Numbered from the stretch's first letter, positions 50,048 to 62,464 are shown. The stretch is DNA of 64,000 nucleotides from Octopus bimaculoides (GCF_001194135.2 NC_068984.1:23087728-23151727), one strand, 5' to 3'. The notes: a model not told the origin generated them from the letters alone. Made by a program: numbers and translations.

Positions 50048-51270
50048 TAAATATTAACATGTTTAATTCAAATTAGTTGGGCCTCTATTGGTCAAAGCTG
50101 ACCATTCACCTGTCTGTAAAAACCCTGGCAAGATTTTTTGAGGAAGACTAATAGTTGCACATACATGCCTGTCTCCTCTCTCCACAACACCAATGTTATT
50201 TCGAAAGAAAGAACACCAACTTGGGCCATTAAAGCTTGGCACCAGTGTTATTGTATGTGGTGTTGTCTGATTACAAGAAGCTGAAACATACTGCAAGAAC
50301 TAACATCTTTACCACATCACTACTCTGGATTGGTGCTTTAAGTTAGTGTTAATGCTCTAATTATGTGTTGAAGTAGAATAGCCTTAGGAAAGGACTCTCA
50401 GCTGTAGAAATCTGTATCAAAGATGAATTCTTTTACTTGTTTCTGTCATTTGACTGCGGCAATGCTGGAGCACCGCCTTTAGTAATGTTTCATATCCTAG
50501 TGGCCTGTTGGAGTTTTCACTCAAGACTGCCCTCACAGCGTTTCAAGAGAAGGAATACTTAAGTGGTTCCCAAATGTGAACGAAAAATGTTACATGATCC
50601 AGTGATTTGTTGGAATTTCCACTGAATGTAGTCTTTATGTAGTGTTTCAATGAAGAGGTCAGCTTCTCATTGCCTCCTTTATTGTACACATAAAGGAATC
50701 TGAGTTCAACATTACTAGCTAACAATTCACCTATTAAATACACATTTCTTTTAGCCATACTTATAGTACAGCTCTATGGTACCTTTTCACAGCCAAAGAG
50801 ACTGATGTAGTGAGAACAAAATCAACTGTCTTTGCTACAGAAACCATGGAAACACTGGGAATAGGAAGTACATCCTTGATTCTGCAGCCATATCAACTCA
50901 ACCAACAATAAGTAACTGCCTTTTTAGCTGTGATGACAATTATTTGTCTAAATAGGAGAAATGAAATTGACAGAGTTTGTAAAATCAAAACAGAGTTCTA
51001 AAATCAAGTTGTTTAGCCCCAAGTTAGGTTTGATCGAGCAGAATAAGCAACCACATAGAAGTGCCTTTAAAAATCAAATAGATTGTAGAAACAGAACTTG
51101 CCAAATTATGAATATCAAGTTGCTGTCAAAACTCTCCAGCTTTGACTATCCCGTCATTTTGGAGCATCAGTCTTACCTTCTGTTTAGGCAGTGGGAAGAT
51201 TTGGCTATTTTATTCTTTTTACCTAAGTGTATAACAAGACTCAGTGAGTTCCAAATACCAAGTTGTTTAA

Positions 51271-51491
51271 CCCTTTTGTTACTGTATTTATTTTTAGATG
51301 CTCTGTGTTTCTTTCAATTACTTTAAATATAAACAAAGAATTTAGTAAAGTAACTTAGTTGTCATTAAGCTAATGTTAGGAACATAAATTGTGACTAAGG
51401 TATGGTGGAAGATTTTAATTCAAAACTTATGAAAACAAGACATTTGTACTCAGAGCCAGAGCCAGTTTCAGTCAGGTTGGTAACGAAAGGG
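51271..51491. mobile_element. piggyBac-type MITE
   Basis: TTAA|cccttttgttac ... gtaacgaaaggg|tttc. Confidence 0.7.
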
Positions 51492-51879
51492 TTTCAACCA
51501 GGTCAGCTTGATTGAACAAATGTGATCAAAGGTACTTCAGCTAAATCCATCCCATCGTTTCAGAGTATCAGGCTTTCTTTATCCAACATTGCTGCCTGTT
51601 TAGATGGCAGAAGAATTTCACTGTTATTTTTAGCAGGATGAGTGACCACACAGTGAAATAGAAATCACTGAGTTCCAAATGTCATGTTGTTCTTTAAATT
51701 CAGATCAGGCTTGATTGAGCACTCCATGCTATGATCATCATGTTGTTTTAATAGTATCGAAGCTTATATTTTCCAGTGTTACACTTCTTGCTTTAAATGG
51801 TGGGATGTGATTTGCTGAGCAGATACGAGTGCTATTTCTAGCAGGATATGTTATCATGGTAAAGTTCTTTTAAAACTCA

Positions 51880-52085
51880 CTTAGTTTTTTAACATTCAGA
51901 TTACTCTGTCGAATGTAATGCTTATTAAGTCACATTGTTTTGAATTAATAATGCATTATCTCATAGCTTCGGGATTTTGATAACGTGATTCATTATTTTT
52001 AGAATAACATTGAAGGATATGTATGAAAGGCCAGATCTGTAGAATATTTCAGCTGGATATGGCCAGTTTAAATGCTAAAGGGTTA
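51880..52085. mobile_element. piggyBac-type MITE, empty-site paralog of 17558-18150
   Basis: cattcagattactctgtc...tttgaattaat...ggccagtttaaatgctaaagggtt; reverse orientation relative to the 17.5-kb copy. Confidence 0.7.
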
Positions 52086-52503
52086 GAACTGCAGACCAGC
52101 ATAGAGACAGAATTCATTGTAGTTAGATTGTATTAGTGTTAGATATTTCACTTCTGAAAAATAAAACCTTAAAAAAGGCATTTTCAAAATTTATATACAG
52201 ATTATAGAATATATAAGCAATTCCATTAATTTAGAGAGAACAGGCCTATAACTTCTTACATGCTTCACTTTAATTTGTGACTTATTCACAAACAGTCACA
52301 ATAAAAGTCACACATGAATAATAGATATTCATTTTATTATCAATTTATTAGTTCTCCACTCCAAATATATTAGAATACAAGAGAAAAAGAATGGAATAAA
52401 TAAAGGGTCCACAGCAGATAAAAAGTACCAGTAGTTGCTAGTTTGTTTAATTTGGTGTTATTTTCTCCTATCTCTTTCATTTACATATTATGTGTGTGTG
52501 TGT

Positions 52504-52561
<58 letters not shown>

Positions 52562-52849
52562 GTTATATATATATTATATATATATATGTTATATATTATA
52601 TATATTATATATCATATATATATTATACATATACACATATAATGTATATATATATATATTATATATATACATATAATGTCATCATCATATTATATATATA
52701 TATATGTATATTATATATATATATTATATACATATTACATATATATCTATACATATAATACATATATTATGTATATGTATATTATATATATATATGTGTA
52801 TATATTATATATATTACATATATATATATTCATATACATATATATATTC

Positions 52850-52894
<45 letters not shown>

Positions 52895-53853
52895 ATATAT
52901 ATACACATGCNNNNNNNNNNNNNNNNNNNNNNNNNNNNNNNNNNNNNNNNNNNNNNNNNNNNNNNNNNNNNNNNNNATATATATATATATATATATATAC
53001 ATACATACATATATATACATATATTCATATATGTAGTTAATTTCTTTACACTAACAGACGGTGTCTGGGAAGAACATTATTCAAAAGTCACAGAGATAGT
53101 TGGGTTTACTATGGTGCTGCTGCAGACAAACAACAGGAAGACAGACAGAATTGTCAATTCAGAAAATAAATTGAACCTTTCTTTTCCTTTTTTTTGTTTT
53201 TTGAAAAGACAAAGGAAATATAAAAAAAAAGAGAAAAAATCCTTCATAAAATGAATGTTACAAGTAGCACCAATTTATTCTAAATGGCACCACAGTTACT
53301 AAACGGTATCCACTGGAGTATGTGATTAACCATTCCTAAAGAATACAGTCTGATATAGAATATCTGTTATTGAAATGGACACATTGTGTGTCTTGAATAC
53401 TAATGAAGAAATTAAAATTCTACATTTGTACAACTTGATGAGCAAAAATTGTTTTTTTATGAAAATATGAATATTTTATGCTTGTTTGTTTTGGAAATAT
53501 ATAGAAGCTCAAGCATTTAAGATTAAATTCTTTGATTTTTATCATTTTTATTTTTTTGCCTTTTGCTATATATGTTGATTTTTTTGTTGGTATTTTTTGT
53601 TTGCAGAAAAGCAAAATATATATATGAAGTAAATTTGTACTTTATTATTATTATTATTATTATTACATACATTACGGTTTATTTTCTATTTTAACTGAAT
53701 TAATACATCAGGTTAATTTAAGTTTCAATAAAATAAAGCTTTGTTTTAAAATTTTTTATTTAATTTTTTTTAATATTTTTTTCTTTTTTTTTGTGTGTGT
53801 ATTTTTTAAAATATATAATAAGCAAAATTTCGTTTGTTTCATTATACTAACAG

Positions 53854-53890
53854 ATAAACCCAGTCTAATGAACAGTGTGCGAGACTGCAG
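53854..53890 (+). other. Candidate 37-nt exon (KPSLMNSVRDC)
   Basis: tttgtttcattatactaacag| acceptor and CAG|gtaata donor; no homology. Confidence 0.25.
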
Positions 53891-56237
53891 GTAATAGGTC
53901 TGCTAATATGGTGATTAAGATATACGTGAGAAGAAAATGATCTAAATAAGACACAAAATATGCCAAAAATAAATAATAATGGCAAGCGCCAAAAATGTAT
54001 TGATTCTGTTTAGAAATGCAATTTTCAATTAAGTCTTTGTCCCTCTACTGTTCAATGTTCTTGTCTACACCATTTCCCATGCATATTGCTCTTATTTCTA
54101 ATACTGGACAAAACAATGGAGAACAAACCATCAAGAAGGTAGTTCTTTACTGAATTTATGACAATTTTGAAGAGTAAATACTTTTGGCTTTTTGTTTGTC
54201 ACACAAAAAAGTTAGCTATTTTGGAAAAGGGTAAACTACTCATTCTCAGTCTCTCTGATATATATATATATATANNNNNNNNNNNNNNNNNNNNNNNNNN
54301 NNNNNNNNNNNNNNNNNNNNNNNNNNNNNNNNNNNNNNNNNNNNNNNNNNNNNNNNNNNNNNNNNNNNNNNNNNNNNNNNNNNNNNNNNNNNNNNNNNNN
54401 NNNNNNNNNNNNNNNNNNNNNNNNNNNNNNNNNNNNNNNNNNNNNNNNNNNNNNNNNNNNNNNNNNNNNNNNNNNNNNNNNNNNNNNNNNNNNNNNNNNN
54501 NNNNNNNNNNNNNNNNNNNNNNNNNNNNNNNNNNNNNNNNNNNNNNNNNNNNNNNNNNNNNNNNNNNNNNNNNNNNNNNNNNNNNNNNNNNNNNNNNNNN
54601 NNNNNNNNNNNNNNNNNNNNNNNNNNNNNNNNATATATAATGAATCTTGTGTTGATGTATTTCAAGCAAGAATGGAGCAAAAAAGCAACCTGGCATCTAC
54701 CAAACAACAACTGCATCACAGAATCACAGAATCTCAGGAACATTTCTACAAATTCAAACTACTCAGTGCAGTGTTCCAACATAGATAAAACATGTGGAGG
54801 AAGAATAACAATGGAGATCTAAGTGTAAAACAAATATGTAGTAAACCTTTGAATAACCAAAGTACATTTCTTTAAAAAGAACTAAAAACCCACACTGAGC
54901 CACTGGTGCCAGCTGGATTGAGTGGACTGGAGTGATGTGAAATGAAGTGTTTTGTGCTGCCTAGTCCGGAAATCAAACCTATGATCTAGCAATCATAAGT
55001 ACTAGGTCATTTGCCTTCATATACACGCAGACATAACTTTCAAGAGATATGAAACATAGTTTGAGCAGTGTTGTAGTGCACCTGAGCACTATACACAATA
55101 ATTTCATTATTATTATGATTGGAAGCACATGCATTGTTTCTACAAATGGTAACAAGTGTCCAGCTATCCTTTATTGATGTGATTATCAAGCACATACATC
55201 ATGTCTGATGAGGGATTGTTAAATCTAAAAGAACTCACAACACACTTCAAAAATAATTAAGTGTCTAGCAACAAGGCTTGATCTACAGTTAATTAAAAAA
55301 ATTTAAGTTAATTATCTTTTTGCTTCTCCATGTAGCTAATTAAATGCCTACCTTTCTCAGTCTTGTCATCTGTTAATATGGTCAAACATTAAAATCTAAA
55401 CCAGCAACAAAATTCATACTGTTCGGCATACTGAAATACTGTTATGATATCTCATTATTCTGTTGCACTGGTATAAACTGCATTTGAATGCGAAAAAACC
55501 ATGCCCACAATATATACATATATCCTGTATATATATATATATATATATAAACATACATAGATACATATATATAGATGTATNNNNNNNNNNNNNNNNNNNN
55601 NNNNNNNNNNNNNNNNNNNNNNNNNNNNNNNNNNNNNNNNNNNNNNNNNNNNNNNNNNNNNNNNNNNNNNNNNNNNNNNNNNNNNNNNNNNNNNNNNNNN
55701 NNNNNNNNNNNNNNNNNNNNNNNNNNNNNNNNNNNNNNNNNNNNNNNNNNNNNNNNNNNNNNNNNNNNNNNNNNNNNNNNNNNNNNNNNNNNNNNNNNNN
55801 NNNNNNNNNNNNNNNNNNNNNNNNNNNNNNNNNNNNNNNNNNNNNNNNNNNNNNNNNNNNNNNNNNNNNNNNNNNNNNNNNNNNNNNNNNNNNNNNNNNN
55901 NNNNNNNNNNNNNNNNNNNNNNNNNNNNNNNNNNNNNNNNNNNNNNNNNNNNNNNNNNNNNNNNNNNNNNNNNNNNNNNNNNNNNNNNNNNNNNNNNNNN
56001 NNNNNNNNNNNNNNNNNNNNNNNNNNNNNNNNNNNNNNNNNNNNNNNNNNNNNNNNNNNNNNNNNNNNNNNNNNNNNNNNNNNNNNNNNNNNNNNNNNNN
56101 NNNNNNNNNNNNNNNNNNNNNNNNNNNNNNNNNNNNNNNNNNNNNNNNNNNNNNNNNNNNNNNNNNNNNNNNNNNNNNNNNNNNNNNNNNNNNNNNNNNN
56201 NNNNNNNNNNNNNTATATGTATATATATATATATGTT

Positions 56238-56269
<32 letters not shown>

Positions 56270-56332
56270 TATAAACATACATAGATACATATATATAGAT
56301 GTATGCATGTATGTATGTATATATATATATAT

Positions 56333-56610
56333 CATGTGATCAACCAGATTAGCAAATATTGTTATACATCACCGGTCACAACGAGCTTATACATCATTTT
56401 AGCTTTCAGATGATGCCACCCGACTGGCTAGGTAAGCAGACGAACATTCCTCCTGATTGGAGGGCTTATCCATCACAGGGTCACCCATTTATAGCTGAAT
56501 GGACTGGAGCGATGTGAAATGAAGTATTTTGTGCTACCTAGTTTGGAAATCGAACCCACAACCTAGCAATTATGTGGACAATACCCTAACCACTAGGTCA
56601 TGTGCCTTCA
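56333..56610 (-). mobile_element. SINE family F
   Basis: atcatgtgatcaaccag...gctgaatggactggagcgatgtgaaatgaagt...gaaatcgaaccc...cctaaccactagg; a partial sister copy lies at 54895-55025. Confidence 0.75.
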
Positions 56611-56738
56611 CATACACACACACACATATAACTTTCCAGAGATATGAAACATAGTTTTAGCAGTGGAATTTGGAGTAGATAATAGCATGTGGAATATCGG
56701 ATTAAAAGAAAAAAAAGTCAAAGGTTGCCATTACATAC

Positions 56739-56786
56739 TTCTGACACAAAAATGTGTTGAGCACTTGCTTTTGCACCACAAAATTA
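56739..56786 (-). CDS. Candidate symmetrical 48-nt exon
   Basis: tactattttcag| acceptor and GAA|gtatgtaa donor; two open frames (NFVVQKQVLNTFLCQ or ILWCKSKCSTHFCVR); same strand as the CCDC33-like exon. Confidence 0.3.
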
Positions 56787-57044
56787 CTGAAAATAGTACA
56801 TTATCATCACCCTTATTAGTTAATGTCCATTTTACATGCTGGCATGAGTTGGACAATTTGGCAAGTCACGGGGCTGTTCTGAGCTCCAGTTTCAGCTTTG
56901 GCATGGTTTTTACAATTTAGAACAGTGGTTGTTGATGATTGTTTTTACCTATGAACCCCTTTGATTATTATTTTACTCTGGTAGCCCCATCCCCACCTCC
57001 CATAGCCATTTCATGTTTAAAACCTAGTTTTCTAGATAATAATA

Positions 57045-57300
57045 AAATAAATGCGCCCTTTTTTTAAAGCCTAGCCAGGCTCATGGGCCCGGTTTCCAGG
57101 TTTCAATAGCGTATGTGTTCCCCTGCTGGACGGGACGCCAATCCATCACAGCATTACTCATTTTTGCCAGCTGAGTGGACTGGAGCAACGTGAAATGAAG
57201 TGTTTTACTCAAGAACACAGTGCGTCGCCCAGTCCAGGAATCGAAACCAATCTTACGATCATGATGCTGACACCCTAACCACTAAGCCACGCACCTCCAC
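57045..57300 (-). mobile_element. Young tRNA/CORE-type SINE (family F head, different tail)
   Basis: Reverse of gtggaggtgcgtggcttagtggttaggg...ggtttcgattcctggactgggcgacgcactgtgttcttgagtaaaacact. Confidence 0.85.
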
Positions 57301-58552
57301 AGTTTTCTATATACTACTTTCAAAATTCCCATTTTGCTTTTCACATACTAACCTGTGTAGGTTGAACTATGTTAAACACTGGAGAAAGAAACCTAGCTGT
57401 TTCTTGAGATACATCTAAAGTAAAACTTTTTCTTGGACACTTGATATACTACTTGAGGATCCCCAACTTACTATTTTGCTTGTGTAGACTCCCAGTGGCC
57501 ATATGAGCCCCATTTGAGAAGCATTGATTTAGAGTATATCTGAAAAGAAATCTGTCCAACATTAACAACTGCCATCAATCTATCATCTCCTCTAATAGTA
57601 TTATCATAACAGGTTCTGATTCTTCATCTCCCTGTCTCTTTATCTTAACCAAACTTTACCTGATCCTGCATGTACTTTGAAATTATTTATCACTTGTGTT
57701 TCCAACCTGGCTAATCTCACCTATTTATTCTAGTTCACCTGTTTAGGCAGGTGTTTAAAAAATAATGTTATAGATACTTTTTCTCTCCTTCAAGCCAGTA
57801 AATATTAAAAATAACCACCACCAGCCTTGCAAGTTTTCTCTTAGCTGTTACATCAAATAACCAGCAAATGATTTATCCACTGTGTAAGACTGTAAATACA
57901 GTATACCTACCTACTTGCATTGCCAACAAACTGATAACCAAATGTCAAAATAGTCACCACAGCTAGCTTTACTATCACAAATCTTTGAATGTCTGTGTTG
58001 TCAAATCTGTACAAAAGAGCTACATTTTTACTATTTTCACTGATTTATCTCTATAACAATGAGAAAGAGCAAATAGATTGAACTAATATGTGATTCTTAA
58101 GTAAAATTCACAAAACTTCTGTCTAATTAAGTGCTAATGTATTTAATATAGTGAAAAGGAAAAATATGATTGGAAATAATTATTTGGAGAAGAAAAAACA
58201 AATGTTAGCTTAATGACTAAAATCCTTTTAATTATTCCAGCAAGTACGAAAGTCCATAAGGCTAATATATAAACCCAATTTTTGTAGCATTAAGCAGATA
58301 AAAAATAAATACCCCATAAGATTATATGCAAAGCTTTTTACACATAACTTCTTCACAAACCTGACTCTTATTCTTCTGTACATTTCTCAGAAAAAGAATC
58401 AAGGGTCTCACCAAATATATTTTAGAAATTTTCTAGGATCAGGCACTCTAATTAATACACTGTACACGAATAGTTATTTCCCGCCAACAACCCCATGTTT
58501 CATACAATTGTATGGATTTATTGTTATATACATACATTTAATACGTTCAGAC

Positions 58553-58760
58553 AACAAGCTGGCAGAATCATTAAAGCATCGGATAAAATGCCTTGTAGTA
58601 ATTTTTACTGATTCATTACATTCTGAATTCTGCTGGGTCAACTTTGCTTTTCATCCATCATTCACCCAAGGTCAATGAAGTACCAGTCATCTACTGGAGT
58701 CAATTCAATTGGCTTGACCCTTCCTTTCAAAACTGCTGGCCTTGCACCAAAATTAGAAAG
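58553..58760 (+). mobile_element. Diverged family A SINE
   Basis: caagctggcagaatcattaaagc...tgctttcatcc...aagtaccag...gcaccaaaattagaa. Confidence 0.65.
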
Positions 58761-58778
58761 AGTTATTATGTACATACA

Positions 58779-58943
58779 GGCACAGGAGTGGCTGTGTGGT
58801 AAGTAGCTTGCTTACCAACCACATGGTTCCGGGTTCAGTCCCACTGCGTGGCACCTTGGGCAAGTGTCTTCTACTATAGCTTCGGGTTAACCAAAGCCTT
58901 GTGAGTGGATTTGGTAGACGGAAACTGAAAGAAGCCCTTTGTA

Positions 58944-58989
<46 letters not shown>

Positions 58990-59072
58990 NNNNNNNNNNN
59001 NNNNNNNNNNNNNNNNNNNNNNNNNNNNNNNNNNNNNNNNNNNNNNNNNNNNNNNNNNNNNNNNNNNNNNNN

Positions 59073-59111
<39 letters not shown>

Positions 59112-59306
59112 CGTGTTTGTGTGTCTGTGTTTGTCCCCCCACCATCGCCTGACAACCAATGCTGGTGTGTTTACGTCCCCATAACTTAGCGGTTTGGCAG
59201 GCTTCCAAAGAATAAGTCCTGGGGTCGATTTTGCTCGACTAAAGGCGGTGCTCCAGCATGGCCGCAGTCAAATGACTAAAACAAGTAAAAGAGTAAAAGA
59301 AAAGAG
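58779..59306 (+). mobile_element. Young full-length SINE head B + tail 1; gap inside its (TA)n centre
   Basis: ggcacaggagtggctgtgtggtaag...ggttcagtccc...accttgggcaagtgtc (CORE-like)...ggcggtgctccagcatggccgcagtc...(GTAAAAGA)n tail. Confidence 0.9.
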
Positions 59307-59499
59307 TATACATTATATCATCACCAGCACCAGGGAACAAAAAAGTACTCAGTAATCAAAAAACAGTAATTGTAATATCTGGGATAAATTAGATAGATTG
59401 TAGGTTAACCTATAACAAGAGTTGTGTAACCATTTAATATCACAGCCACAGGATCTGCATACATACTATATATATATATATATACATACATACATATAT

Positions 59500-59785
59500 A
59501 TCACGTGATTGTCCAGACTATTGAATGGTGTTATACATTATTGGTCACAATGCGCTTTGCATCATTTTAAGTTTCAAATGATGCCACACTGCTGATTAGA
59601 GAAGCAAGCCACCATTCCCCCTGATTGGAAGGCTGTTCTGTCACAGGGTTACCTATTAACAGCTGAGTGGACTGGAGCGAAGTGAAATGAAGTGTCTTGC
59701 TCATGCTGCCTAGTCTGAGAATCGGACCCAGGGTCTAGGTATTGTGAGTGCAACACCCTAACCATTAGGCCACACACCTTCACTA
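59500..59785 (-). mobile_element. SINE family F
   Basis: Aligns with 56333-56610. Confidence 0.75.
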
Positions 59786-60016
59786 TATATATATGTATAT
59801 AGAGGTTATGAGAGGTAATGGTGTCAATAAGACTCAAAGGTGTCAGGTAATGCTGAGTAAGTGCTATGGACAGACTATAGTTAAGCTCCAGGTTCGGTGA
59901 TTATGCGAATGAGGAGGCTAACGTAGGTCATATATCAGCATGTGTATATATAAAACAATTAACAGAATGAGATAAAGATCCAAGGCTGTGGAAGATTTCA
60001 GAACATTTATAAATAG

Positions 60017-60064
60017 GTCTTACAGCTGTTTCCGGGATATTTTATATATCCCTTCATTGGAGAC
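60017..60064 (-). ncRNA. Hammerhead ribozyme motif with mutated core (CCAATGA)
   Basis: GTCT-CCAATGA-A-GGGATAT ataaa ATATCCC-G-GAAAC-AGCT-GTA-AGAC. Confidence 0.65.
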
Positions 60065-60403
60065 GGTGTGAGAAAATGGTTAAGCAATAGTTATTCTAGA
60101 TAAGATATGAAATAGAGAGTGAAGTGGAGGAATGAAAATGGATGTGAGATATGCAGGGATATTGTATCTGTAGTTCCATTATTTAGGCAGAATGGCATTC
60201 CTATACCTTGTAAGTTCCAATTTTAAATACTGTTGGAACTTACACACAAGGTATAGGAATCTTATATGTATATCATTCTGCCTAAATAATGGAACTACAG
60301 ATACAATATCCCTGCATGTCTCATGTCTATTTTCATTCCTCCACTTCACTCTCTATTTCATATCTTATCTAGAATAACTATTGCTTAACCATTTTCTCAC
60401 ACC

Positions 60404-60451
60404 GTCTTCGATGAAGGGATATATAAAATATCCCGGAAACAGCTGTAAGAC
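60404..60451 (+). ncRNA. Hammerhead ribozyme motif with mutated core (TCGATGA)
   Basis: GTCT-TCGATGA-A-GGGATAT ataaa ATATCCC-G-GAAAC-AGCT-GTA-AGAC; helix III is 2 bp with palindromic AGCT loop; GUA triplet. Confidence 0.7.
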
Positions 60452-60665
60452 TTTCTATTTATAAATGTTCCGTAATCTTTTACAGCCTTGGATTTTTATC
60501 TCATTGTTAATTTTTGTGTATATATATATATACTTTATTCATATATTAAGGCTTCCATTGGTTTCAGGTTGAGAATTTCTTTAACATGAAACCAATAGTA
60601 GCCTTAATACACAAACAATCTTTATCCAGCAATGTAGTGTTGAGCACTCCTCATTGTTTGATATT

Positions 60666-60700
<35 letters not shown>

Positions 60701-60806
60701 TATATTACAATTTAGCTAGGTGTAAAATAAAGCTTTCCTTCAGACAATTGCATATTTACTGAAGCTGTAGTATTCATGCCTCTTCTAAGAACATAAACAT
60801 AGTAAG

Positions 60807-61165
60807 AACAAGGGCACTCAGAGCAAAACTCTGCCAAGGCAACACCAACATCCTCTCAACGATTAGCCAGAGATGATTTTTATAATGAGAATATCTAAAA
60901 TAAACTCGACTGCTCTCACAAATGAGAATACTAAAAATGAACCCGACCGCTCTCAAAATATAAAAAAAACAGGAAAAATAATCCAGAATCTTTGTCCAGT
61001 ACCGGATCAATCCCAAAATCTTAATCAGTTCATGCCAGTCATGAGGCCAAACATCCCTGAAAGTTTCATCCAAATCCATCCAGCGGTTCTTGAGATATCT
61101 TGTCCACGGACAAACAAACATGACTGAAAACAATATCTCTGCTTTCACTAAGGTGGAGGTAATAA
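60807..61165 (+). mobile_element. Non-autonomous Helentron-type (HINE/DINE-like) element
   Basis: 5' aacaagggcactcagag, internal tandem blocks, acggacaaacaaac microsatellite, 3' hairpin ctctgctttcactaaggtggagg-taataa; architecture recalled from molluscan HINE-like repeats. Confidence 0.6.
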
Positions 61166-62464
61166 TGAAATAGCTTGCCAAGAATCAAAATTGAAATCTG
61201 AAGGTTAGCAAGGATTTGTTTTTATTCTAAAGTGCATAACACCCTCCATCCCATTTACAATAATAATTTGAATAGATGACAAACTACAAAATAAAATTTA
61301 TATCTTTAAATATGAAGTCCTACTTCCTAAGTGGGCCGTTGCTGTAATTTAACCCCAGGTCAGTTGTGACCATCACATTCTTCTTCTATATTAGGGACTA
61401 TATTGTCAAATGTAACCTTTTTTATTTAAAACTGTAAAGTGTAATTTGAGGGGAAATTGGCTATTTTTTCTAACGGGGTGAGTGACCACAAAGGGACATC
61501 TTCATTGGTTCATTACCTTCTAGGTTAATTATAGCTGTTTAACCCTGATTTAAGACATCTCTGACCAAAGGTTTTTCATGATCATCAGGAATAATGTATC
61601 TCAGACTACATCAATCAATGGCTGTGTAGTTAAGAACTTCACTTTGCAGCCATGTGGTTCCAGGTTCAGTCTCTCTGTATGGCACCCAGGGTAAGTGTCT
61701 TCTATTGCAGACCCCCAGATTGACCAATATAGATGAACACTGTCAAAACCTAGTGTTTGTGTGAATGTGAATATCTACATTCTGCACTTTGTATGAATAA
61801 GTTACTGATAATGATGCTTGACATTTATCTGTCAACAAAGCATTTGGTTTCGAAGAAGTTAAATGATAACTGCCTTACTTTAAAAAAAAAGACAAAAAGT
61901 AGGCAAGAGTTAGCAATATGAAGAACATCCAGTTGGGGAAACAATGTCTCAATTGTATGTATTCTACAACATACAGACAAATGAACAGTCCACCATGCTT
62001 TGAGAACGATTAGGCTGCTATTTCTTGCATATCAAGCAAATATATAGAAGTTTCCCCAATATCTTTGTTACTGACATAAGCAGCTACTGTTTGATTGCTC
62101 CACTGTTATAGTATCATGACTTCCATTTGAATGTCCTTCAATTAATGCTTTAATCAACATATTGCTTTATGTCTGGAGCACTGTTCGCTTCAGCATCAAG
62201 ATGTATCTTTGATTTGATATGCCATGTCATTGAAAAGGAATAAGGATAATAATAATAATAACATCCATACAAAGGTCAAAGAAAAACTTGAGAAGGTTGA
62301 AAATGATCATGATACAAAATATTATTTAGTTTCACTATATTTTAATAAACCTCCATCTCCCAATATCTCATTTTCAAAGTCATTGCTGTTTATAACCAGG
62401 TTAACTCTCATAGAGCAGACCTATGATTAACAGTCTTTCCATGTTGTATAGTTTGTTTTAGCAT

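Larger units (their letters stand above)
59945..60525. mobile_element. ~580-bp fold-back (palindromic) element with PLE-type hammerheads in both arms
   Basis: Outer arms ~59945-60194 and 60274-60525; inner arms 60197-60220 and 60233-60260; TA-rich flanks. Confidence 0.85.

Noticed and set aside
50063-50296. 77-aa minus ORF with splice-like borders as a CCDC33 C2 exon
   Set aside because: No recognisable similarity to recalled CCDC33 sequence; cannot be supported without alignment.
55521-56305. Direct repeat across the gap (ataaacatacatagatacatatatatagatgtat)
   Set aside because: Identical contig ends on both sides of Ns suggest an unmerged overlap (assembly artefact).
2995-59189. Many listed ORFs made of YI/CV/HT/X runs
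   Set aside because: They are translations of (TA)n, (GT)n, (CA)n and (AAT)n microsatellites and N-gaps.
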